In this document: positions 57,172 to 64,000 of the stretch, in pieces
Position numbering within the stretch: position 1 is the stretch's first letter
Layout: every line of letters starts with the position of its first letter
NCBI GenBank assembly: GCA_047605325.1
Contig: JASGFX010000005.1
Location: 2,561 to 66,560, forward strand
DNA length: 64,000 bases
Reading direction: 5' to 3'
Source: Solirubrobacterales bacterium
Lineage (GTDB): Bacteria; Actinomycetota; Thermoleophilia; Solirubrobacterales; JACPNS01
Notes under the pieces: model-generated
The model's database searches: none
What the model was told of the DNA's origin: nothing
The model's input: the letters and a program-made list of their open reading frames with translations, nothing else
Translations under genes and position numbers: made by a program

Positions 57172-57434
57172 TTAGGTTTCCTCCGTTCACGCCCTGACGC
57201 GCTCCCCAGCGATCGTCGAGCGGATGTTCATTCGACGTCTCGGCCTCGCAAGGTCGAAACACTCCCTTGATACTGCAACCTACTGGACTTCCGGGACAGT
57301 TTGCGATTTCTCTCACAACTGTCCAGTTGGTCACTAAGTAACAGTCCTGTCACTAACTTCAACGATAGAACACGGACCTGTCAAGAAGGTTTCGGCGGAC
57401 TAGCCCATTTGTGTTAATTGCGCGCTAAACGCCA

Positions 57435-57470
57435 GAAAAAACGCCCCCGGTGGAATCTCCACCGGGGGCG
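57435..57470 (-). terminator. Intrinsic terminator of paralog C
   Basis: Minus strand: CGCCCCCGGUGGA-GAU-UCCACCGGGGGCG followed by UUUUUUC. Confidence 0.8.
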
Positions 57471-57500
57471 TTTGGAGTGACGGATCGCCGTCGGATTTCG

Positions 57501-59471
57501 TCAGCGACAAACCCGGAAGAAGGCGCTGCCCGTGTTGAGCACCGTGCCGTCCTTGTAGGTCACGCGGTAGGCGAAGCGGTAACGCCATCCGCGGTTGTAG
57601 AGCTTGCGCGAGATCGTGTGGCGCAGCGCGAACGGCGAGGAGCCGCGGCTGGCGCGGGTGCGCATGCCCTTTCTGTTGTGGCCGATCCGTACTTCGACGC
57701 GCCTGACCAGCGCCGCCGAGCGCAGGCCCTGCGGAGTGAAGGTCGCCGAGCGGTTGAGGCGCAGACAGCTGTTGCGGGTCGCCGGGGTCGACACGCCGTA
57801 GCACGGCTTCATCGAGGTGGCCGAGCTCGAGGCGGTGGCGCTGCCGCCCCAGCCGGTGGTTGCGAATGTGATCGGTCCGTCGGCCGGCAGCGAGCCGTCG
57901 GCCGGGCACTTGCGGTTGAGCAGCAGCGAGGTGGCCGACGAACCGCCAGTGATGTTCACGGTGAAGTCCGTGAACGGCGTCTGGGGGAGATTGTCGAACG
58001 TGGTCTCGATCATGTTCGCGCTCGGGCCGACGAACTGGGTCGTGGCGTCGAGTCGGAACTTCACCGCTCCGTCGACGAAGATCGAGAGGTAGGGGAGGCC
58101 TGCCGTGGCGCCCTTGGTGATGTACACGCGCCCGGTCAGACCGGCCGCGATCAGCGGGGTGGAGATCGTCGCGGTACCGACCTGGCTGGCGGCCGGGCAG
58201 GTGTCCGCGGCGAGGTCGGTGTCCGAGCAGACGTTGGTCAGCGCGTTGACGTTGATGCTGACCGATGCGGGCAGCGTCGTGATCATCTTCTTGGGCTGTT
58301 GGTGGTCGGACGGGTCGCTGTCGGCGACCTTGATCGAAAGCGACGGGTAGGCTCCGCGCTCACCGCTGCCGAGCGTGCCCGTGCTGCTGGCTCCGATCGT
58401 TGGCATCTGCGCGCAGTCGCTGCCACTGGGCGTCACTGAGTCGGTGTTGGAGGTCTGGTAGTTGTTGTCGCCGGGGTGGTTTGGGTCCATTGCGGTCGAC
58501 CCACCAGTCGGGTTGGCCCAGTCGATTGCGTATGACTTTGAATCCCAGCTGTCGCAACGGGTGGGCATCGTCAGGAACGGCGTGTCGCCTTGGCCGGCGG
58601 TCGGGAAGTTGTCGTTGGGGTCGACGAGGCCATAGAGGTGCTGATCGATCCGGCGAATGTGCAGGGGGGTACCGCCAGAGCCGAGGCCAGGATGGCCGTA
58701 GGCGGTGGGCAGCAGCGCCGACGGTGGATTTGTGTACTCGGCTGGAATCGTGCGGATTCGGAAGTCAGTTACATCGTCCAGGTCGGCGGAGCGATTCGTG
58801 ACCGGGGCGAGCACGCTTTTTGTCTTAGGCTGGATCAAGCATGGCGTTCCGGGGGCCGTCGTGCACGTGTTGCCCCCGTAGGCTGAGAAGTCGAAGTTCT
58901 GGTACGAGGCGCTGGTGAAGAGCGTGCCGAGCGTGGTCGGAACCTCCGGGTCGGTTTTGAGGATGTAGATCTTGCCCACCATCGGGCCGCTGAGGGCGGA
59001 CATGTCTTGGCCCGCAAGAATGCACTGGAGCGGCGCTGCAGGGCATGTACCCGAGTTGGCGTCGTTCACGAGGTAGACCTTCGCCTCTCCAACCTGCGAC
59101 GAAGCCGGACACGAGCCCGTGAAGAAGGTGTTGTACGCAGCGGCGGCTCCCGGTGTCGGGTCGAATGAGGCCGGGTCGCAGCGATCTGCTTCGGGAACCG
59201 CATTCGGGTTTCCGACCAGGCCTGCCGGCGAGTCGACGACCCACTTCTTGAGATCCTGACCGGCTCCTGTCGAGGCGGTCGGTTCAGGCCCATTGCCGTA
59301 CTCGAACTCCTGGATGATCGTGTAGTCGGTGTGCGCACCGGGCACTGTCGAGCCGTAGACCGTCGAGGCCTCGGTGGTGATGCCGAATGCCGATGGTACG
59401 AAGACGACGATCGCTGTGATCAGCGTCGCGACAATGCTCAGGCAAAGGCGAGCTGCCTTTGATGGCGTCAT
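57501..59471 (-). CDS. Large secreted protein of unknown function, paralog C (656 aa)
   Basis: Track ORF trimmed to the ATG at 59471, preceded by GGAAGGA. Signal peptide ...PSAFG. Same motif set as paralogs A and B. C-terminus FFRVCR. Confidence 0.75.
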   Translation of the reverse strand: MTPSKAARLCLSIVATLITAIVVFVPSAFGITTEASTVYGSTVPGAHTDYTIIQEFEYGNGPEPTASTGAGQDLKKWVVDSPAGLVGNPNAVPEADRCDPASFDPTPGAAAAYNTFFTGSCPASSQVGEAKVYLVNDANSGTCPAAPLQCILAGQDMSALSGPMVGKIYILKTDPEVPTTLGTLFTSASYQNFDFSAYGGNTCTTAPGTPCLIQPKTKSVLAPVTNRSADLDDVTDFRIRTIPAEYTNPPSALLPTAYGHPGLGSGGTPLHIRRIDQHLYGLVDPNDNFPTAGQGDTPFLTMPTRCDSWDSKSYAIDWANPTGGSTAMDPNHPGDNNYQTSNTDSVTPSGSDCAQMPTIGASSTGTLGSGERGAYPSLSIKVADSDPSDHQQPKKMITTLPASVSINVNALTNVCSDTDLAADTCPAASQVGTATISTPLIAAGLTGRVYITKGATAGLPYLSIFVDGAVKFRLDATTQFVGPSANMIETTFDNLPQTPFTDFTVNITGGSSATSLLLNRKCPADGSLPADGPITFATTGWGGSATASSSATSMKPCYGVSTPATRNSCLRLNRSATFTPQGLRSAALVRRVEVRIGHNRKGMRTRASRGSSPFALRHTISRKLYNRGWRYRFAYRVTYKDGTVLNTGSAFFRVCR

Positions 59472-59713
59472 GGTGGGTTCCTTCCAGTTAGACCCGGTGC
59501 ACGCTCCCCAGCGCCAGTCCGAGCAATCGTTTGTGAGCTGCCCTGGCGCATCCGCGCCAGACAAACCGTTCTGACTGAAACCTACCGCGATTCGAGGACG
59601 GCTGACACGATCGCGGAAGTGTCTTTGCGGTCACTTGGTACGGCGGCTTGGGGGCGGTCGGTGAGTAGGATCACTGTCGCATCAAAAACTGAATAGATGC
59701 ACCTCACACACAC

Positions 59714-60068
59714 GGGGACGCCAGGTTTCGACGCGGCCGATTTCGTGGGTGGAGTTGCGAGCCGAGGTTGTCTGGAGGCCTCGTTAAACCCCAGGCAAAA
59801 CCATAAATGCGGACTCTCACGAGTACGCCCTCGTCTAAATAGACTGAGGCATCCGTCCAGCCTGGGCCCGTGGGCTGGGTAGCGGGTGTCAGCCAACGGG
59901 CTTGACCGAAGCGCGCGCATCAGGCGCCCGGTGACATTCAACTGACGCTGGCTCTCCCGGACCCTGCCGGCCTGGCTAACGGAGAGCGAGATCCAGAAAG
60001 CCGGACACGCTCGTAGACGCTTTATTCCACGCGGTTGCGGACGCGGGTTCAATTCCCGCCGTCTCCAC
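59714..60068 (+). ncRNA. ssrA: tmRNA (SsrA)
   Basis: 5' GGGGACGCCAGGUUUCGAC. 3' GGACGCGGGUUCAAUUCCCGCCGUCUCCA, a T-arm plus an acceptor stem with the G3:U pair. CCA is not fully encoded. Tag ORF GCG GAC UCU CAC GAG UAC GCC CUC GUC UAA at 59809-59838. Confidence 0.9.
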
Positions 60069-60146
60069 TTTGGGTCGCTGACTCGCACGTATTCGCCGAT
60101 GCTCGGGCTCCGGACTTTGGTGCCTTGTAGCGCTTATACTGAACTA

Positions 60147-60431
60147 ATGGCGACACAAACGAAGAAGCGCGTTTCGGTTGGGGTTCGTGAGCTTCACAAT
60201 CGGACCAGCGCCTTGATGCAGATGGTCGAGGACGGTGCCGAGATTGAAATCACCAAGCACGGCAAAGTCCTTGGAGTGCTGCGGCCGTCGGTTCCAGATG
60301 CGTTTTACGAGAGGCTCAAGTCGGAGGGGCGCATTCGAGAGGCTCGCGTTCGCGACGACTGGGTGCCAGAGCCGATTGCGCTTCCGCCGGGCGTCACGAT
60401 TTCGGACTTGATTGACGAGCAGCGCCGCTGA
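60147..60431 (+). CDS. Type II antitoxin (Phd/YefM-like; VapB role)
   Basis: Track ORF trimmed to the ATG at 60147, which sits 6 nt after a TATACT -10-like hexamer, so the transcript may be leaderless. VRELHNRTSALMQMVEDGAEIEITKHGKVLGVL is a typical Phd/YefM N-terminus. Confidence 0.7.
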   Translation: MATQTKKRVSVGVRELHNRTSALMQMVEDGAEIEITKHGKVLGVLRPSVPDAFYERLKSEGRIREARVRDDWVPEPIALPPGVTISDLIDEQRR

Positions 60432-60859
60432 TCGTCTACTTCGACAGCTCGGCGTTGGCCAAACTCATGCTTCCGGAGGATGGGAGCGATTGGGCTCGCG
60501 CCTGCTGGGCGCAGTCGGAGGCGCGTCTGGCTTCGAGTCTCGCCTACGTCGAAGTTCGCGCGGCTCTGGCCGCGGCTCGCAGGTCGGGCCGGCTGACGAA
60601 AGCCCTGCACGTCCGCGCCAAGCGGGAATTCGAATCGATCTGGGAGCGGATCGACGAGTGCGAACCGACCATTGAGGTGATCGCCGCTGCGGCCGGATTG
60701 GCAGAGCTCCACTCGTTGCGCGGCTACGACGCGGTGCACCTCGCGACGTCCGTGCATGAATACCGACACGAGCCGCTCTTCATGCTCACTTGGGATCAAC
60801 ATCTCGCCCGCGCGAGCCATGATGCAGGGGTCAACGTGATCCACACCCACGACGCGTAA
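60428..60859 (+). CDS. vapC: PIN-domain toxin (VapC)
   Basis: The conserved N-terminus (L)IVYFDSSAL, with the first catalytic Asp, lies upstream of the first ATG (60455). The only candidate start is CTG at 60428, overlapping the antitoxin stop as CTGA. Further acidic residues at EV and GYDAVHLA. Confidence 0.6.
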   Translation: MIVYFDSSALAKLMLPEDGSDWARACWAQSEARLASSLAYVEVRAALAAARRSGRLTKALHVRAKREFESIWERIDECEPTIEVIAAAAGLAELHSLRGYDAVHLATSVHEYRHEPLFMLTWDQHLARASHDAGVNVIHTHDA

Positions 60860-60869
60860 GCTCCGCGCC

Positions 60870-61790
60870 ATGCCCGCACACGCCAAGCAGCCGATGCCGG
60901 AAGTCCCCGGCGTCGAGCACATCTATTTGAATGCCGGCGGCCTGCGCATGCATGTCGCCACCGCCGGACCCGAAGGCGGCGAGCCGATCATGTTGCTGCA
61001 CGGCTGGCCCCAGCACTGGTGGCTCTGGCGCAACGTGATTCCGGTGCTCGCCGATGCCGGCTACCGCGTGTACGCGCCCGATCTGCGCGGGCTGGGCTGG
61101 ACCGAGGCGACTCCGCGCTACCGCGACTACGACAAGCGCCAGTTCGCGCGCGACATCGTTGCGTTGCTTGACGTGCTGGAACTCCACGAGCCGATCAAGC
61201 TCGTGGGACACGACTGGGGCGGGTGGACCGGCTTCGTAGTTGCGATGACGCATCCCGAGCGCGTCGAGCGCTATCTCGCGATGAACATTCCGCCGCCGTG
61301 GCTCGATCCTCGGCCGTTCAATCTCGGGCGCGCGGCGAAGGCGACATCGCGGCTCTGGTACCAGGTGGTCATGGCGACTCCCGGTCTCAACTGGGCGGCT
61401 CAGGTCGGCCCGGCGAAATCGGTCTTCGAGGATGGGATCGTGAAGGGCTCCGTGCGTCGCGAAGTCTGGGGCGACGGAGTGCTCGACGTCTTCCTAGATC
61501 AGTTCGAGGACGCCGATCACCGCCGCTCGTCGAAATTCATCTACCGCCGCTTCCTGCTCACCGAGCTGCCGCAGATCCAGGCCGGCAAGTATCTCGACGG
61601 GAAGCTCACCGTCAAGACTCATCTGTTGTTCGGCCGCGGCGATCAGGCGATCGACCCGGACGTGATCGACGCCGACCACTCGCGCCATGCCGACGACCTC
61701 ACGATCGAGTTCGTCGAGGATTGCGGACATTTCATCGTCGATGAGCAGCCCGAGACCGTCGCCGCCACCGCGCTGAAGTTTTTCGCCTGA
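60870..61790 (+). CDS. Alpha/beta hydrolase (epoxide hydrolase / haloalkane dehalogenase-like)
   Basis: HGWPQHWW, nucleophile elbow GHDWGG, and a C-terminal GHFIVDEQPE with the catalytic His. Confidence 0.85.
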   Translation: MPAHAKQPMPEVPGVEHIYLNAGGLRMHVATAGPEGGEPIMLLHGWPQHWWLWRNVIPVLADAGYRVYAPDLRGLGWTEATPRYRDYDKRQFARDIVALLDVLELHEPIKLVGHDWGGWTGFVVAMTHPERVERYLAMNIPPPWLDPRPFNLGRAAKATSRLWYQVVMATPGLNWAAQVGPAKSVFEDGIVKGSVRREVWGDGVLDVFLDQFEDADHRRSSKFIYRRFLLTELPQIQAGKYLDGKLTVKTHLLFGRGDQAIDPDVIDADHSRHADDLTIEFVEDCGHFIVDEQPETVAATALKFFA

Positions 61791-61802
61791 CGGTCGCGGG
61801 CG

Positions 61803-62621
61803 CTAGACCCCGGCGAGCTGAGTCATGCGACGCTCCGCCGCTTCGGCGAGGCCGCGGAACAGTCGTTCCTGCTGGTCGTCCTGGCGCGTCTGGCTCTCGG
61901 TGTGCCACTGCACGCCGAGCATGAAGTCGCGGTCGGTTGCCTGGATGCCCTCGATCACGCCGTCCGGCGCCCACGCGATCGCTTCGAGATTGCTGCCGAG
62001 TCGATCGCAGCACTGGTGATGGAAAGAGTTCACCTTCGTCTCGGTGCGCTCGAGCGCACGGTGGATCTTCGACCCCTCCTTGATCGTCACGTCGTGCGTG
62101 GCGAAGGCGCCGCCCTCTTCCTGCGAATGGTTGATCGTGCTCTCTGGGAAGTCGTGCGGGATGTGCTGGTGCAGCGAACCGCCGCGGACGATGTTCATCA
62201 GCTGCGTTCCGCGGCACACGGTGAGGATCGGCATGCTGCGAATGTCCGCCTCGCGGATCAATCCCATCTGGAACGTGTCGGTCAGCAGATTGGTCGGGCC
62301 GAGCTCGTCGCTCGGCGCCTTGCCGTAGAGCGACGGGTCGATGTCCGGGCCGCCTGAGACGAACAGCGCGTCGATGTTGTCAAGCACCTGGTCGATCGCA
62401 CCCGGCATGATCGGCGGGATCACCAACGGGATCGCACCCGACAACAGGATTGCGCGCAGATACTCGACGCTGATCACGAAGTCTTCGCGCGGCGGGTCGC
62501 CCTTGGGCACGACTCGCTCGCGTTCGGCGGGACGAAATTCCGAGCTCGAGACTCCGATCGTCACGCGACGGCTGGGAGAGCTGAGGCCGATCGGTCCGTC
62601 GGCTGGCACCAGGTCGTTCAA
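61803..62621 (-). CDS. Class I glutamine amidotransferase-like, peptidase C26 (gamma-glutamyl-GABA hydrolase PuuD family)
   Basis: GGPDIDPSLYG, CRGTQLMN with the catalytic Cys, NSFHHQ, GVQWHTE. Confidence 0.8.
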   Translation of the reverse strand: MNDLVPADGPIGLSSPSRRVTIGVSSSEFRPAERERVVPKGDPPREDFVISVEYLRAILLSGAIPLVIPPIMPGAIDQVLDNIDALFVSGGPDIDPSLYGKAPSDELGPTNLLTDTFQMGLIREADIRSMPILTVCRGTQLMNIVRGGSLHQHIPHDFPESTINHSQEEGGAFATHDVTIKEGSKIHRALERTETKVNSFHHQCCDRLGSNLEAIAWAPDGVIEGIQATDRDFMLGVQWHTESQTRQDDQQERLFRGLAEAAERRMTQLAGV

Positions 62622-62675
62622 CTTTGAACCTCTGACAAAACTTTCTGAGACGCTTGCAAGACGCAGTCTGCCCGA

Positions 62676-63836
62676 TCAGGCGAACTGTTGTGCAAGGGTG
62701 CCGACCAGTTCGGTCAGACTCGCGCCCGAGCGCACGATCTCGCGTTGGCGCTGCGCGCCGGTGCGGAAGTCCGTGTCGATCAGGGCCTCGAGTTCCGCTT
62801 CGCAGCCGAGTTCCTGCGCGTGCGGACGCGCAGCCTCGACCAGCCGCGGCAGCAGCTGCGCGATCGGAACGCGCGTCGATGTGTCGGCGTCGATCAGTTC
62901 CGCGTCGAAGCCGTCACGCGCGGCGAGGAATCGATTCTCATTGAGCGCCTCCTGAACCGAGAGCTGCTTCTCCGAGTAGAAGCCCTCCTCGATCTCGAGC
63001 TTGGCGACCGACTGCACAAGCGCGACGAGTGATGCTGTCGTCTCCGAATCGATTTGCGCGTCCATCGTGCGGATCTCGATCGTCCCGAAGCGCGGCTGCG
63101 GGCGCACGTCCCACCAGAGATAGGTCGGCTCCGGGAAACAGTCGGCGCGAATCATCAGATCGACGGTCTCCACATAGTCGGCGTAGTCGTCGAACTTCAG
63201 CGGGATCCCGACGCGCGGGAAGGCCTGGAAGAGTGGGGTGCGAGCCGACGCGAGGCCCGTGTCGCGGCCCTGCCAGTAAGGCGAGTTCGCAGACAGCGCG
63301 AGCAGCAGTGGGACGTGGGCGCGCATCCGGTTGTAGAGGCGGATCGCGCTCTCCTCGTCGCCGATGCCGACGTGCACGTGCAGCGCGAAGGTCGGCTCGC
63401 GCCGTGCCAGCTCGCGCATCGAGCCATAGAGCCCTTGGTAGCGCTCACCGCTCGAGATCACCGTCTGGTACCAGACTGCCTGCGGGTGAGTGCCTGAGCT
63501 CGCCACTTTGAGCGCCAGCGGCTCGAGTTCGCGCTTGAGGCGCGTGCGCACGTCGTGCAGGTCGTTCACGGCCTCGCTGACCTTCTCGTTGACTCCAGTC
63601 GCGAGCTCGACGGCCGAGCCGTGCGTTTCGGCGGTCAGGCGCTCGGCGAGGTTGGGGGAGACGGTCCTCAGGACGTAGTCGATGCTCTGGGCGAGGGTGA
63701 GATCCTGCGTATTGAGCAGCATCACCTCTTCCTCGATGCCGACGGTCCAATCCGGAAACTTGCCGCCGCCCCAGGAGGACCAGGCTGGCTGGGTGGATGG
63801 TGGTTCCGGGGCCGCCGGCGGGGTGGGCGTGGTCAT
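62676..63836 (-). CDS. Carboxylate-amine ligase, glutamate-cysteine ligase family 2 (YbdK/GCS2)
   Basis: Track ORF trimmed to the ATG at 63836, which overlaps the upstream stop as ATGA. GIEEEVMLLN, ELATGV, SGTHP, HVHVGI. Confidence 0.8.
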   Translation of the reverse strand: MTTPTPPAAPEPPSTQPAWSSWGGGKFPDWTVGIEEEVMLLNTQDLTLAQSIDYVLRTVSPNLAERLTAETHGSAVELATGVNEKVSEAVNDLHDVRTRLKRELEPLALKVASSGTHPQAVWYQTVISSGERYQGLYGSMRELARREPTFALHVHVGIGDEESAIRLYNRMRAHVPLLLALSANSPYWQGRDTGLASARTPLFQAFPRVGIPLKFDDYADYVETVDLMIRADCFPEPTYLWWDVRPQPRFGTIEIRTMDAQIDSETTASLVALVQSVAKLEIEEGFYSEKQLSVQEALNENRFLAARDGFDAELIDADTSTRVPIAQLLPRLVEAARPHAQELGCEAELEALIDTDFRTGAQRQREIVRSGASLTELVGTLAQQFA

Positions 63837-64000
63837 ACGGCCTTCATGCTCCTTCTCTGTGACTCTGCGCGAAAGCGGATTGCTGCGTCGGCCAGGCCGG
63901 CGAACAGCGCTTCGTGCTCGTCGCGGTTTGTCAGGCTCTCGGCGTGCCATTGCACACCGAGGACGTAGTCGCGGTCGAGGGCCTCGATGCCTTCGACGAT
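63833..64000 (-). CDS. Second peptidase C26 / PuuD-like amidotransferase (3' end only; continues beyond the window)
   Basis: Minus-strand translation ...LGVQWHAESLTNRDEHEALFAGLADAAIRFRAESQRRSMKAV*, colinear with the C-terminus of 61803-62621 (GVQWHTESQTRQDDQQERLFRGLAEAAERR). Confidence 0.6.
   Translation of the reverse strand: MVEGIEALDRDYVLGVQWHAESLTNRDEHEALFAGLADAAIRFRAESQRRSMKAV

Noticed and set aside
59582-60088. A 168-aa minus-strand ORF.
   Set aside because: It completely overlaps the tmRNA gene, which has a tRNA-like acceptor/T-arm and a tag ORF on the plus strand. The translation has no features of a real protein.
60069-60900. A genomic island integrated at the 3' end of ssrA, given the vapBC module immediately downstream.
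   Set aside because: I looked for a direct repeat of the tmRNA 3' end (TTCAATTCCCGCCGTCTCCA) downstream and for an integrase gene and found neither within the window. The flanking genes look like ordinary metabolism. Left as a possibility only.

Overview
High-GC (about 65-70%) chromosomal window that looks like an Actinomycetota genome, possibly a deep-branching Thermoleophilia or Rubrobacteria-type lineage; this is a guess from gene content and codon style. All protein calls come from reading motifs in the supplied ORF translations. No alignments or database searches were run. Left to right: (1) an mce lipid-uptake locus with an MceG/Mkl ATPase and six MCE proteins, then an MMPL transporter translationally coupled to a TlpA-like redoxin with a degenerate active site. 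(2) Small membrane proteins, a VOC enzyme and an mIHF-like protein. (3) An alpha-oxoamine synthase and a GNAT-like acyltransferase, divergent, whose start codons overlap. (4) A ThiZ-ThiX-ThiY type ABC importer behind a TPP riboswitch that the ORF track does not show. (5) An intergenic array of six regularly spaced 21-bp palindromes. (6) A tightly packed eight-gene minus-strand cluster: two exported C5-epimerase-like proteins, a Get3/ArsA ATPase with an Hsp20-like tail, a small acidic protein, a PQQ-type sugar dehydrogenase lipoprotein, a membrane protein, a MoxR AAA+ ATPase and a VWA protein. (7) Two paralogous lipoprotein-like genes and a Ca2+/H+ antiporter. (8) A beta-oxidation block (two acyl-CoA dehydrogenases, a DsbA-like isomerase, PadR, a FadN-type HADH/ECH fusion) and a sirtuin. 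(9) A three-domain cell-wall hydrolase with a long structured leader. (10) A FAS-II operon, fabD-fabH-fabG-acpP-fabF-fabI. (11) ftsE-ftsX-ctp-rnr-smpB, then three large paralogous secreted proteins of unknown function, then ssrA (tmRNA) and a vapBC module. (12) An alpha/beta hydrolase and a GATase(C26)-GCS2 ligase-GATase(C26) cluster. A structured 150-300 bp intergenic repeat family occurs four times. The strongest candidates for undescribed biology are the palindrome array (21280-21589), the three-paralog insertion between smpB and ssrA (53297-59471), the eight-gene chaperone and exported-enzyme cluster (21636-29710), and the nested-hairpin repeat family. Many long antisense ORFs in the track are high-GC artefacts and were ignored.
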